A stretch of DNA of 64,000 nt, taken from the NCBI RefSeq assembly GCF_009914755.1, contig NC_060937.1; one strand, given 5' to 3'. The notes beneath the pieces are model-generated. The model searched no databases and was not told the DNA's origin. It saw only the letters and a program-made list of their open reading frames with translations. Below, piece by piece: positions 43,018 through 57,516 of the stretch (positions within the stretch are counted from its first letter, which is position 1; the number at the start of each line of letters is the position of its first letter). The DNA comes from the human T2T-CHM13v2.0 reference genome, Homo sapiens. A program made the position numbers and the translations under genes.

Positions 43018-43440
43018 GGAGGGGGGTTGATGTCAACAAGATGGTAGAATAGAAAGCCCCACATTCTACTTACCCCGTGGAAACACCAATTCCACAACAA
43101 TACACTAACCTTACCTTCTTTGTGAGTATCCAAAAACCAGTTTAGAGGCTCTCACTTCCCAGGCATGCACAAATCCAGCCATGTCAAAGCCTGCAGGAAA
43201 TTTTGTGGTCCTCACTCACCAGATTCCTTCCCTCTGGTATACCACAGCAAAATAGATGGAAACTCCCAAACCTTAGCTTTTCCCTAGGAGGAAAAGGAAA
43301 GGTTATAACATACATCTAATCTTCAGACTTTTAAGGGTCTACTAAGAAACTGGTTTCTGTTTTGCCTGAATCTAAGTGCTGACTGGAAGGGCATCAGGTT
43401 TAGGGCTGCTGAGAGCCAAGGCAATAGTTGGAACCAGCAC
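43018..43440 (+). mobile_element. Old L1M (L1M2/M3-type) 5' UTR
   Basis: gatgtcaacaagatggtagaatagaaagcccc is a typical L1 start. Confidence 0.7.
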
Positions 43441-43638
43441 ATAGCCAGTCACAGGAGAACTAATGCTGTGTGATTGCACTGATAAGAGTTATATAAATTA
43501 GTCATTTCATAGGAGCAGAAGGTAGAATGTTAGTTCTCATGGAATAAAAGATAAGGGAGATAATGGGGAAATTCACTGCATTGAATATCGAAATTCAGTC
43601 CTAGAAGATGGAAAAGTTCTAGAGATCTGCTGTATGAA
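43441..43638 (+). mobile_element. L1MA9/MB-type 3' UTR fragment
   Basis: agccagtcacag..agtcatttcataggagcagaaggtagaatg..aagttctagagatctgctgta. Confidence 0.75.
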
Positions 43639-44267
43639 AAGCATTTTAAGTCACTGTTTATAACAATTTTCATAATTATTTTTCAATAATTGTACATTGA
43701 TTATGTTTATGAGATAGTGAAGTATGTGAAGCCAAATATCAAGTACAATTTTTATCCCCCATAGTCTCAACAATTTGCCTTCTGTTCAATGTTTATGCAA
43801 TTAAAAATAAATTTATTCACAAATGAATAAAGGAAAAACAATGAGCGAGCTATATTATAACATTATTTGAAATTATGCATTTTACAATCTATAGAATAAA
43901 GCACTGTAGCTAAATTTATACTTGTGGAAAACATATTACCGGTTTTAAAAATTATTTAGAAGCCATTTTTGCCATCCATTATTTCATATGTGTGATATGT
44001 GTGATTCAGATAATTGTTTAAAATTCTGTTTTTTGATAAATTTATGTTTGAACATAATCTGTTACATACAAACCAATAACTAAATGTGACACTATTGGTA
44101 TCAACAATTTTTATGGCCAATGAGAGTAAAATAGGCAGAAACTTGTAAAGCTTATTGCACAGGACAATAGTTACACTGAATGATATTAATGAGAAATACT
44201 ATTTTCATTTAGCTTCAATGCATAGTATAAATTGACATTTTCATTTGTAGAATATTGTTGCTCACTA

Positions 44268-44569
44268 TTATTAGTAATATTATTATTTTTTAGATGGAGT
44301 CTTGCTCTATTGCCCAGGCTGGCATGCAGTGGTGCAATCTCGGTTCACGGCAAGCTCTCCTCCCGGGTTCACACCATTCTCCTGCCTCAGCCTCCCGAGT
44401 AGCTGGGACTTCAGGCACCCACCACCACGCCTGGCTAAATTTTGTATTTTTAGTAGAGATGGGGTTTCACTGTGTTAGCCAGGATGGTCTCGATCTCCTG
44501 ACCTTGTGATCCGCTCGCCTCGGCCTGGCAAAGTGCTGGGATTACAAGCGTGAGCCACGGAGCCCGTCC
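44268..44569 (-). mobile_element. AluY
   Basis: gcaagctc..cccgggttcacaccattctcc..gtgttagccaggatggtctcgatctcc; TSD tgctca(c/t)ta. Confidence 0.95.
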
Positions 44570-44770
44570 TGCTCATTACATTTTCATATACAAATTAGGC
44601 TATTAGTAGTTATAGTTCTAAACTTCATATTTTTAGTATTCCTGAAGATTGGATGTAGCAAGCATATCAGAGTTCATTTAGTCAAATTATAACATTGTAG
44701 AATGTTAGTACATCTCAGGAGAATTGATGGAAATTAAATGAACTTAACTTTCCAAGGGACAACACAAATT

Positions 44771-44990
44771 ATGATGGCATTTGCCAAGGTCTTAGGAGGA
44801 GGGAGAAACAAAAAACCATTGCTGTTCAATGGGTATAGAGTTTCAGTAGTGCAAGATAGAAAAGTTTTAGATATTTGCTGTACAACATTGTGTTTATAGT
44901 TAATAAAACTATGCTATACACTTTAAAAATTTTGTTAACAGGATAGATCTCATGTTTTTTTTTCCACAATAAAAAAAATTAAAAAAAAAT
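44771..44990 (+). mobile_element. L1MA9/MA10-like 3' end with poly(A)
   Basis: ttgctgttcaatgggtatagagtttcag..gatagatctcatg..ccacaataaaaaaaa. Confidence 0.82.
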
Positions 44991-45192
44991 AAGGAACTGA
45001 TTTCTAAGAAATATGAAAGTGCCACAGAATTGGGTTGTGGCTTTATTTTTTTTTTTGTAGTTAATGAAAAGACAATGTCTAGGAAAATAACAGAAGCCTT
45101 TAATCTTTTTCTGTAAGAAAATATAAATATTTATTTGTAGTTATAAGACTAAAGAATAACTCCCATTTTGTCCCATAGACAGATAATTTACT

Positions 45193-45410
45193 AATAGCTA
45201 ATACTTATTGAATAATTGCTATATGAAAGACCCTGATCTAAATACTTTACATGTATTAATTTATTACACATCAGTTAGTAATATTATTTACAATTTAACA
45301 AAGTAAAAACTCATGCTCAGAGAGGTGAAGGGTCTTGCTGAAGATCACACTAGTTACAACTGATTGAAGTCTACTTCTGGAAAATACACTTTTAGAGATT
45401 TCACTATCCT
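45193..45410 (-). mobile_element. MIR
   Basis: aatagctaatacttattga..gctcagagaggtgaagggtcttgctgaagatcacac. Confidence 0.8.
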
Positions 45411-45699
45411 GCCTTTTGTAGTTCTCAAAATCTCTTATTTTTAAACAATTTATACTAGATGGAAGAAAAAATCATGTTAATCTGATCAAAACATACCATG
45501 GGAATGCACTGTTGTACTTCACCAGAGTTGACAGAAATTAAATGATATATTAGCATGCTAAAGATGGCACTGAAAATACTGCTACACTCCTAGCATTCTG
45601 TAATACAATGAAAGGAGAATTAAGGAATTTTAGGAAATTATGCTATGCGATATTTGCAAATAAACACATGTATAGTCTTTATCTCTACATTTTGCCTTT

Positions 45700-47222
45700 C
45701 TTATTTAAAAATAACTTTATTGATATAACTCACATATAGCATAATTAATTTATTTAAAATGTACAATTTAATCTTCTGTGTGCAGTGGGTCACACCTATA
45801 ATCCCAGCTACTCAGGAGGTTGAGGTGGGAGGATTGTGTGAGGCCAGGAGTTTGAGACTAGCCTGGGCAACAAAGCAAGACTCCTCTCTAAAATATAAAA
45901 ATAAAATAATGTGTCCAACTTCATGGTTTTTAGTATATTTGCAAATATATGCAACCATCCCAATTTTGGAACATTTTCATTACCTCCTAAAGCAACTCTA
46001 TATAATTAAAATATCAGCCTCCTCTTTTCCCAGCCTGTCACCATTAATTTACTGTTTGTCTCTATATATTTTTCTATTCTTGACTTTTATATAAAATACT
46101 CTTCAGTTTTCATATTATATAAACTTTTGTGAGTGACTTTTTTTTCACTTAGCATAACATTTCTGAGGCTCATCAAAGTCATGGCATGTATCAGTGTTTT
46201 ATTTATTTTCAAGGTTGAATAATATGACATTGTATGAATAAACCAGATTTTGTTTATTCATCCTTTGATGGATATTCGGATTGTCTCTATATTTTGGAAA
46301 TTATGAATAATACTACAAACATTCTTGTGTAAGTTTTTTCTGTGACATATATTTTTATGTATCTTGGGCATGTAATTAATAGTTGCTAGGTCATATAGTT
46401 ACTCTATGTTTAATTGTTTGAGGACAAGCCTAACTGTTTTCCAAAGTGGTTGCACCATTTCACATTCCCACCAGCAGTGTATGACAATTTTAATGTTTTC
46501 ACACCCTCATCAAACCTTGTTATTATATGCCTTTTCAATTCTAGCCATCCTAGTGGGTATGAAATGGCATCTCATTGTGTTATTTTCATTTACTTGATAA
46601 TTTATGATGTTGAGCATCTTTTCATCTGCTTATTGGCCATTTGTTTTTCTTCTTTGGGGAAATATTTATTCGGATTCTTTGTCTTTAAAAAAATGGATTG
46701 TCTTTTCATTGTTATACATGTTCTTTATGCATTCTAAATACAAATCATCAGATATGTGATTTGAAAATATTTTCTCCCAATCTGTGATTTTGCCTTTCAC
46801 TTTCTGTATGTTGCCCTTTGAAACACAAAGTTCAATTATTTTATGAAGTTTAGTGTACCTATTTTTGATTTTCTTTTGTTGCTCATGCTTTTGGTATGAT
46901 AGCTAAGGATCTCTTGCCAAATTCAAGGCCATAGATATTTACCCTTATATTTTCTTTTAGGAGTTTTGTAGTTTTATTTCTAACTTATAGCTCTTTTATT
47001 TCAAGTTAAATTTTGTATATGATTAGGTATGAGTTCACCTTCATTCTTCTGTATGTGGCTATCCAGATGTCCTAGCACCACTTACTGCAAAGACTATTCT
47101 CTCCCCAGTTGAACAATCTTGACACTCTTGTAGAAAATCAGTTGATAATATATGTGGTGGCTTTCTCCTGTACTCTCAATTTTATTGATCTATACTTATA
47201 TACTTTTCCAGTATCACACTTT
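45700..47222 (-). mobile_element. L1MB 3' region
   Basis: ataactttattgatataactcacata..ccaaagtggttgcaccattt..cccaccagcagtgtatga. Confidence 0.88.
45775..45910 (+). mobile_element. FLAM-type Alu monomer
   Basis: Single arm ..gaggccaggagtttgagactagcctgggcaaca.. with an A tail. Confidence 0.85.
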
Positions 47223-48221
47223 CATATTTCCTCTTTTAACATAATATCACAAGATAGAGAAGAAAAAGCTTTCTGATAGAACATAAATTTTGACCTATGT
47301 GCCACTAATTTAAATGTAACTTTTATCACATATATTAGCTGAAAATTATTGAAATTAACTGGATTGATAAAAGCAAAAAAGTGCAAAATTAATTGATTTT
47401 CCATAATTGTATTTTATAATGATCTTTGTTCCTTCAATTAATGTCTTACATGTCAAATAACATGTAAATTTGTATTTTTAATCATGAAAATAGCTACTTA
47501 ATATTTAATGAGCCCATACCTAGCTCTAGATGAGTTACTATTCAGATTAAGTTCTGAAATCCTTCATTTTACAGGACATTATCTTCTTCAATATTTCCCA
47601 TTGACACTTTTCCAGCTTTTTAAATATCTTGTGTTTTTCTTTCTTCTACAGAAAAAAAGGTTTCTTAAAGATATTACTCTTTCAAATGTCCTTTATATTT
47701 TTAATGTATTATCTCAGTTATCCTTGATTTTAACAGACAATTTTTATATTTTGCCCCAATCATCTTACAAAATATAAAATCACAAATACAAAATAAATAT
47801 GTAGATAAAACCTACCTTTATACATACTTTTATAATCCTAACTCTTCAGTCTAATCTAAGAGCATATTACTTGTGTCTGCATTGTTTAGGGAGAATAAGT
47901 AACTAGAGGTACATTATATGTACTGGCCCTTTTACATGAGATTATTTGCTTCATATCTTGTAGCAAGAAGGTCCAGAGTTTGTTTTGATACAGAATTTTT
48001 CGTCTCTATTGCATCAGACTTTGTAGCAAAGATATATACCCAAGGAAAATACCCAAACAACTTAGTCTTTGCCACTTCATTTAGATAATTCAAAATGCAT
48101 TTTAAGATTTATGGAAGAAGAACCTCCTTTTTTCAGCCCCAATGAAATCCTGTTCATATTATAGAGAGTAAAATAATTTTTCTGTCCTGTGAAAAGGTAT
48201 GTATCTTATAATAGGAACAAA

Positions 48222-48430
48222 CAATTATTGAGAGCCCCAGTGTTTAGCAGTCAATGTAAATAGCCCACATGTAGAAACTGAGGAAGGTACTACTATTAAT
48301 TTTACAGATGAGGAAATTGAAGCATGGAGCATTTGAAAAAATTCTTCAATAGTACACACCTCAGAAATGGAGGAAGGAAGATTGTTGTCCAAGCTGTGTG
48401 GCTGTTTCAGCTTTATATGCTTTTTTGCTG
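48222..48430 (-). mobile_element. MIR
   Basis: Core attttacagatgaggaaattgaagc. Confidence 0.75.
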
Positions 48431-49584
48431 TATTATCAAATTATTATAAGAAGATATGCTAGAGCATAATATTTCTTATTTCACAACTCTATGTGAACAT
48501 AACTGCAAATCAAAAGGCAGATAAACAAGATAAAAAATTAAAGAGTGATATGAGGAAGAAATTGTAATAGATTTTTGTGAATTATTTATTTAAACCTTAA
48601 AATAATTATAATAACATAATAATACCAGGTCCTTATTCATGAGGCCCTGACTGTAGCAGACACTCTGAAAGTAATTCTGTATATATGAAAAATGTATTCA
48701 ATCTCTGCATTAATCTATATAAGCAATAATGCATAAGTGAAGGCCACTTGGACTACACGAATGCCCCAGGGATTCTTTCTTTATAGGAAATATAATTTCT
48801 AAATAATTAGAGTTGACAATAACTCATTAATAAATACGGGGAAAGGGTATACTAAACTGTAGAAAACCATAATGTTGAGGATTATGGTTGGTCTGCATGT
48901 CCTTTTTTATGGAATTTCATACATAATTTGTTATATTAATATTTCAAAAACCTCAGCATAAAATAGCAAACAACAAGTATAGCAACACATTTATCTCAAC
49001 TGGTAAACACATTAAATTCCAATCAATTTAAGTTTTTATTGCACATTTCTTATTTCAACTTATAAATCTTAATGTTCATGTGAGTTTGAAAGTTTTAGAA
49101 GCTCAAATAAACTAATTGAATAATGGTTATTTAACTGATAATCTTTATTTCTTGCAATTATTTATCCTATAAAAATAAATTATGTAACAAATGTTATAAT
49201 ACCCCAGAGTCATAATACCAATTTGTTGCACGGAAATTTTTGTTTAATTGACAAAACTTTTCAATGCATAGTGATAATTAAGAAAGTTTATGTTTATAGT
49301 ACAAAATATATTAATATGACATAAAAATACATCGAAAACACATTATTATATACCTAGAATTATTTATACTGACATATTTATAATGATACAACATACATGA
49401 TTATTATAATTCATATAATTTTATACATGCAGTTAACCACTTTGAGCACATATTTTTCCACACAAAATAAACATATCCATATAAAATTACTTACAATTAA
49501 AGAATTCCCATTATCTTGCCCGTTGGATTAGGAACATACTTTTAGATTTGAAGATTTCAATTAACTGAATGGTATGTTTCCCCA

Positions 49585-52500
49585 GAATTTTTATAGGAAT
49601 TGCATTGAAGCTGTACATGGCTTTGCACAGTATGGTTATTTTCATGATACTGATTCTTCCAATCCTTGGGGATGAGACGTATTTCCATTTTTTTGTGTCA
49701 TCCATAATTTCTTTCAGCAGTGTTTTGTATTTCTCGTAGAGATCTTGTATATTCCTAGGCATTTTATTTTATTTATTTTTTGTAGCTGTCATAAACGGAA
49801 TTGAGGTTCTTGATTTGATTCTCAGCTTGGTGTTGGTTGTTGTTGAATAGAAGTGGTGAAAGTGGGCATCTTGTCTCATTCCAGTTCTCAGAGGGAATGC
49901 TTTTAACTTTCCCCTTTCAGTATGATGTGGGCTGTGGGTTTGTCATACATGGCTTTTATTATTTTGAGGTATGTTTCATCTATGCCTAGTTTGTTGAGGA
50001 TTTTTTATCATAACAGGATGCTGGATTTTATCTAATGATTTTTCTGCATCTATTGAGATGATCATATGGTTTTTAATTCCATTTATTTGATAAATGACAT
50101 TTATTGATGTGCATATGCTGAACCTTTCATCTCTGGAATGAAACTGGCATGATCATGATGAATTATTTTTTTGATAGGTTGTGGAATTTAGTTTTCTGGT
50201 ATTTTGCTTAGGATTTCTGCATCTAACGTTCATCAGATATATTGGTCTGTAGTTTTGGAGTGATACTGGCATTGTAGTATGAGCTAGGGAGCATTCTCTC
50301 TCAATCTGATGGAATAATTTCAGTAGAATTTGTATCAATTCTCTGAATGTCTGACAGAATTTGGCTATTTGTTTGTTGGCAGTGTTTTTTTTAATTAGGA
50401 ATTCAATATTTCTGCTTGTTTTGGTCTGTTCAGGATTTCTATTTATTCCTGATTCAAGCTAGGGTGATTGTATGTTTCCAGAAATGTATTCATTTCCTCT
50501 AGATTTTCTAGTTGATGTGCACAGAGGTATTTATAGTAGTCTCAAATGATCTTTCATATTTATGTGGTGTCATTTGTGATGTCCCCATTTTCATTTCTAA
50601 TTGAGCTTATATGAATCCTCTCTCTTCTTCGTTAAACTATCTAGTGCTGGATCAATTCTATTTATCTTTTCAAATAATCAACTTTTTGTTTCATTGATGT
50701 CTTCTTTTCTTCTGTTTCAATTTCATTCAGCTTTCCTCTGATCTTTGTTGTTTGTTTTCTTCTGCTAGTTTGTTCTTGTTTCTCTAGTACTTTGAGGTGT
50801 GACATCAGATTGCTAATTTCAGACTTTTTGGTGTAGGCATTTAGTGCTGTAAGCTGTCCACTTATCACTGCTTTTGCTGTATCTCAGAGGTTTTGATAAC
50901 TTATGTTACAGTTATCATTCATTTCAAAATTATTTTTAGTTTCCATCTTGATTTCACTGTTAACCCAAAAAAGTCAGTCAGGAGAGGATTGTTTAATTTC
51001 CATGTATTTGTATAGTTTTGAGGGTTGCTTTTGAAATTGATTTTTAGTTTTATAACACTGTGGTGTGCAAAGATACTTGATATAATTTCAATTTTTAAAA
51101 AATTATTGAGATTTGTTTTGTGGCCCATTGTGGTGCACCTTGGAGGATTTTCCATGTGCTGATGAGAAGAATGCATATTCTCCCATTCTTGGCTAGAATG
51201 TCCTGTAAATATTAGGTGCATTTGTTCTAGGCTTCAGTTATAGTTCAGTGTTTCTTTGTCAACTTTCCCTCTCAATTATCTGTTTAGTGTTGTCAGTGGA
51301 ATGCTAAAGTCCCTTAAGGTTACTGTTGTGCCATCTCTCTCTCTTTTCTTAGGTTTAGTGGTAATTGTTTTATGAATCTCAGAGCTCCAGAGTTAGGTAC
51401 ATACATATTTAGAGTTTTTATATCTTCTCGTTGAATTGATTCTTTTATCATTATATATGACTTTCTTTGTCTTTTTTAACCATTGTTGCTATAAAGTATG
51501 TTTTCTCTGATACAAGAATAGATACTCCTGCTCACTTTTGGTTTCCACTTGCATGAAATATCTTTTTCTACCCCTTTACCTTGAGTCTATAAGAATCCTT
51601 ATGTGTTAGGTGTATCTTCTGAAGACAACAGATATTTGGTATCTAATTTTTTTAAATCCATTTTGTCAATATGTGTCTTTTAAGTGGAGCATTTAGCCAT
51701 TTCCATTCAATGTTAATATTGAGATATAAGATATTTTTCCAGTCATCATGTTGATTGTTACCTAGTGATTTTGTTTTCTTCACTGTATTATTGTTTTATA
51801 AGCACTGTGAATTCTATGCTTAGAAGAGTTCCTATTCTGCTGCATATCCACCTTTTGTTCCAAGATTTGTAACTTCTTTTAACATTTCTTGTAGGGCTGA
51901 CCTAGTATTAATAAATTCTCTCAGCATTTGCTTATCTGTGAAAGACTTTATTTCTCCTTCATTTATGAAGCTCAGTTTTGCTGGATACAGAATTTTTGAC
52001 TGACAGTTTTCTGATTAATAAGACTAAGGATGGGATCCCAATACCTCTGCCTTCTAAGGTTTCTGCTGAGAAGTCTGCTGTTAGTCTGATAGGTTTTCTT
52101 TTATAAGTAACCTGATGCTTTTGTCATACTGCTCTTACAATTCTTCCTACACATTGACTTTAGATAGCCTTTTGACTCTCTCTCTTGTGATGTACTTCTT
52201 GCAATACATTTTCCAGGGGTTCTTTGAGCTCTTGTATTTTGATGTCTAAATCTCTAGCAAGGCCAGGGACGTTTTTCTGAATTATTCTCTCAAATATGTT
52301 TTCCACACTTTTTACTTTTTCTTCTCACTCAGGAACACCTCTGATTCTTAGCTTTGGAAGTTTTACATAATCCCATATTTCTTGAAGACTTCGTTTATTT
52401 CTTTTAATTGTTTTTTTCATTATTTTTGTCTTATTGGGTTAATTTGAAAGCCTCATCTTAGAACATTAAAATTCTTTCTTCTACTTTGTTTAGTCTATTG

Positions 52501-53293
52501 TTTAAATTTTCCGCTGCATTTTTAGTTCCCTAAATGTGGCTTTCATCTCCAGAAGTTATGATTGGTTTTTCTTTAAAATATATTTCTCTTTATAAAATTT
52601 TTCATTCATATTCCAAATTGTTTTAAACTTTCTTTGTGTTGGTTTACACCTTTCTCGTGATTCTCCCTGATTAAATTAATCAACCTTTTGAATTCTTTAT
52701 CTAGTATTGTAAAGATTTCTTCTTGGTATGGATCCACTACTGGAGAGTTACTGTATTATTCTGGGGGTTTTATAGAACCCTCGTTTTTTCATACTGCCAG
52801 AATTATTTTTCTGGTTTCTTTTTATTTGGGTAGACTATTTTTTTCCTATTTGTTTTTGATTTATTTTTTATTTAACTGGGGTTTTTTTGTTTGTTTGTTT
52901 GTTTGCTTTTTCTCTTTTTTTCTCCTGAGGATGTGACTTTCATGTTTGTAGTTTATTGTTAACTAGTTTTGGCTCTTGGTCCTTTCAGCAGCAAAGACTC
53001 TGTTTGAGTTTTCTAGTTATAGAGAACATTTGTGTGATGGCTTTCTCAGAGGCTGGTTGTAATAGCAATGTGCTGGACGTGTGAGTAAGTTCACAGTCTC
53101 TTGTGGGGAGTTTTCCTTGTGTTTCACAGTTTAGGCTGCTCCTTCTTTTAAAGCGTCTGTGGTTTATTGCAGTTTTTCTGTTAAGTTCCCATGTTGCTTC
53201 TTGGAAAAAAGTTCACAGCATGAAGCTCTACACACTATTTTATCTTTACAAGTAAAAGAGGCATACTACAATGCCCCCAACCCACCATCTTGG
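49585..53293 (-). mobile_element. L1PB/L1PBa-type LINE: 5' end, ORF1 and part of ORF2; 3' part absent
   Basis: Minus-strand start aagatggtgggttgggggcattgtagtatgcctc. ORFs 49511-49762, 50662-50868 and 50919-51221 give ORF2p fragments (YKTLLKEI..DTKKWK; GHKTNLN.F.KIEIISSIF..HS). Confidence 0.92.
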
Positions 53294-53402
53294 AAAAAAT
53301 ATTTAATTATTTAAAAATACATATCAAAATCTCATTACTTTCTACTTATTTTACTATATTTTAATATTAGACAAACTCTTGAGGTTATTCACAGCTGTTG
53401 TG

Positions 53403-54070
53403 CCTGTGTGCTGAAAACAGACTGGTATGTCTCAACATCTCCCTTCACAAGTCAGCAGTCAGTGATGTCCAACTGGCAGCTTAAAATCAAACATGATGAA
53501 AGTATGTACACCAGAGAAATCAGAAAACTCTGATAATCAGGGCTTATTGCTTTTTGTTGTCTAGACTTAGTACAGTGGTAGATAAAATAATAATGAAAAT
53601 TTAAGATGTGTGGGGTCTATGAATACTACTTTTTAATATCTAAAAAACAGAAAAGTTTTCTAGTATTCAAAAAGTATTATAAAATGTAGCAAATAAGTCA
53701 TTTGTGTCACTGGAGAATAGTTAATGTTATGATATATTCTTCATTGTTTTACTTTTATCTTTCTTATTAATGTAAATAAAAATAGCAATTAACTTTATGT
53801 TTGAACTACACTATTTCATCTATTCATTCATCTATTGCTAGAGAGGAAAGAGTTAGGCAAAATGAATTCAGGCAGTTTATGAGGATTGCTGAGCTATATG
53901 GCATTTATAATAAACAACATTGTATATTTATTATTTAAAAATGGTGCATTCCATATGCCATATCATATATCCTGTATATCAGTAAAGTTTATAATAAATT
54001 TACATGCTTATATACAACTAGTTTATTTTATTCCAGAGAACTAGTGTTTAAACATTACCAGCATATTAGT
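53403..54070 (+). mobile_element. MER63-family hAT (Blackjack) DNA transposon
   Basis: cagtgatgtc..tggcagcttaaaatc..catgatgaaagtatgtacaccagagaaatc..aatcagggct; end tttaaacattaccagcata. Confidence 0.78.
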
Positions 54071-57000
54071 AGATATAGCTCTGTACATATTCTGGCTGAT
54101 GATTGATTCCTCCCCAATGATTGATTCCTCCTAAAACTCCTAGGGATCCAATTTATCTGTACTAAGACCTACAGACTAAGAAAACCAGTTAAGAAATGCC
54201 AGGTCTCTGTGAATGTTATTATCTGATTCACTGGAAATATGCATGGATACTTTACACCAAAAAATGTCGACAGTGGAAATATAATTCGTGGTTATATGCC
54301 AGCACGTTTACCTTTACTGTTATCATTAAAGCAGTTAAGCTGCATATCTCTTAAGCTTTAAGTTATATAAGGTAGGAATCAGAAACCAGCCATTTCTGTC
54401 CCTGATAGAAAATGAGTCACATATTATATACCCCAAGTATTCTCCAGAAAGTCTCTCTCACTAAATTGAGACCAATATAAAACATTATATTATCTATATT
54501 TCAAATAACTCAACCCAAACTGAAATGAGGTATAAAGTATTTTTTTCCCAGCAGAATAAACTTCCAGTGTGATAACTGGCAATATATTGTGTTGTCACTA
54601 AGAAAAAAACTATGCTAGATGAAACAGGTGCTGTAGATAAAGATGGGAATAGCATAGTAGTAAGTTCCAAGAAGTATTTGGTGTATTAAAAAGTTGTTTG
54701 TAGATGACATATCATTGAACTTTGATTTTTAATGAAACTACAATCTCCAGCTGCTAAAATTTCCTGGATGTTTACTATCTCCCACATGTTACACATATTA
54801 CCACACTGCACATACTACATACATGTATACTACATTCTACTACACTAAGCAATGTATCAACTCTATATGAAAAAATCACTTGTATATACATACATACAAA
54901 TATATATGTTAACAAATATATACATACATATATAAAATACACACACACAGTTTCAAGATCACATACTTAGCAAGAATGTGAATTAGGATTTGAACCAAAT
55001 TTTTGTAAACAGTAAGGTTAATTTTTGAAAGAGTATTTCATAAAAGTAACTAATAATTTCATCTTCAATGAATTTCATATCCAGGGGAGGGGATATGTAG
55101 ATACACCCAGACATACAATAAATTGAAATAGATTTTGAAGAGTTAAAAACAGATTTTGAAGAGCTAAGAATAACTTTGGAGCTTATTAAATTACATCCTT
55201 CATTTTACAGATTAATAAGTAAACAACAAAAAGTCAGAGTTTGGTTTAGTTCTAAGTAGCAGAATCAGAACTCTAGTTTTTAGTGTATTTTCACAAGCTT
55301 AACTGAAAATATGATATTAATGTCATATTTTTACATCAATTCAATATAATTTAGTTACACATGAGTGGAAAAATTATATGACTTTTCTTTATAACTTCTC
55401 TTATTGAAGTATGTTTATATTTACTTAATTTTTAATATAGCATCTGATCTTACTCAAAAGGATAATAAATAAATACTGACTCTGTTCTCAAAAATTGCAT
55501 TGTTCATAACCTCAGAAAAACTATTATGAATATGAACTGTGGTATTTTATTTAAAATTATTGTCCTCAAAGGGTGTTAGAGGACAAATTTACAGATTATA
55601 CCAATTCTTTTGTATCCAAATTCAAACTAATGACTAGAATTCAGATAGAAAAATGTGGAATTACACATTTGAGTTGGAAATGGCCTCTTAGGCTTTTTAG
55701 CCTGTCTCCCTGCAAGTAGGAGAACCAATTTAATCAAACAGTGTGAAGAGAGTGACAGATGAAAAGCACATCAATCCCAGTAGGTCTGGCATGACTTGAA
55801 AGACAAAATCTATCACAATGAATTAAAAGCACAACGTAAAAGAAAAACAGACAGAAAGACTTGATTTATATGCCCGCTCTATCAGAGCAAGGATAATGAT
55901 TGTAGAAGCCATCTACTGGAAGCACACCCTAGCTGTAGAGGAAGAGTGTCAGACCAGCACAGCCTCCAACTGACAAAGCAACATAAACTCTACATCTAAC
56001 TTAGCCATTAGTTGAATCATTTAGACTTTAGAACAACTTATAAAACATTCAACATAATGAAAAGTTTAGACACTGCACTTTAAAGTTGTTGAGATTTTTG
56101 CATGTTCTGGGTAACTTAAAATTCCATTAGAAAACACTTGGAAAACAAATCATTGGAGTGTACAAATTTGAGAAAGGACATATTAAATATTGACATGTCA
56201 GAGAATTAACTCATTGGCTATACTTTGAATCTTCGTAATATTGGTAAGGGACATTTATTATCAGAAATAACATCTAAATTTTAGGTAATCATCTACACAA
56301 AACATCGAGGAAATAATGCAGATCAATTCTTTACATTTTCCCATAAAGTATTTATCAACTCCATCTTCCTTTGTGGAGTGTCTCTATTTCTGTTCTGCTT
56401 TTTCAATTTTGACTCATTGTTTTTTTCTGATTTTTTGTGTTTTTTTTTTTTTTGCCTATTTCATCCTGACTCCACATTTCTACTTCCTCCTTCTAAATTA
56501 CATAGCCTTAGAGTTAGTTATTTTAGTGCAGGGTTGATTAAGGATCTTCATGTCCTCTGCTCAGAGGACAGAAATGAAGAAAAATAAAATATTCCAATTG
56601 ATATTCAGACTAGAACATCTGAAATAAAGAACAATTTTCTGTTGATAATACTGCAGTTGATTAATCTATGATTAAATTTTCTAGTCATCATTTTAAAACA
56701 CTTATCTATTTTTTAGTAATTCTTAAGGTTTTTTCAATTATTTTAATTTGGTAGGGTAAATAATCTCAATGGACGTGTTTGGCCTTGAAATGTTGATGGG
56801 ATGGGTGGGATATAGAGTTTTTTGTTCTACTAGCAATGTGATATCTCATTGTGGAAGATCTCACATATGTGTATTTTGTATTTGTTGAATAATTATAAAT
56901 TTAAATATATTCACACAGATCTTTTGATAATTGGGTGAGGAAAAAAGTGAGAGTGTCTTTTGTAAAATCTACATATGAGTATGGTTGCTTGACTATCTTT

Positions 57001-57081
57001 GCCACTTTATTGTTATAATAAATAAATAAAATATATTAAAGAATAGATATTTGCAAACTAATTTTATATTATTTAACTTAT

Positions 57082-57495
57082 TGCTGTGACTTGAATGTGT
57101 CTCTTAAAGTTCATGTACTGAAAATTTAATCCCCAGTGCCACAGTGTTGAAAGGTAGAAGCTTTAAGACATGATTAGGTCATGAGGGCTCTCCTCTCATG
57201 ACTGGATTAATACTGTTATCACAGGAGTGGGCTATTTATTATAACAGTGGGTCCTTCATTTAAAAAATGAGTTTGGTTCCCTCTTCCCCTCCATTCTCTT
57301 CACCTTCTTCATGTCTGCTCCCTTGCCCTTTTGCCTTTTGCTGCAGGATAACTTAGCAAAAACGTCCTCACCAGATGCAGACTCCTTGACCTTGGACTTC
57401 TCAGCCTTCAGAACTGTAAGATATAAATTTCTCTTCCTTATAAATTAGCCAGACTCATTTCCTCTGTTATAGAGGCACAAAAATGGACTAAGATG
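57082..57495 (+). mobile_element. MSTB-type MaLR LTR
   Basis: tgctgtgacttgaatgtgtc..ggactaagatg; 5-bp TSD cttat/catat. Confidence 0.9.
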
Positions 57496-57516
57496 CATAT
57501 AAAGAATAATAAACAG

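Noticed and set aside
43520-44890. Two overlapping L1MA9/MB 3' fragments about 1.25 kb apart as a fourth local duplication
   Set aside because: They differ too much from each other and show no clear shared derived changes; independent insertions explain them.
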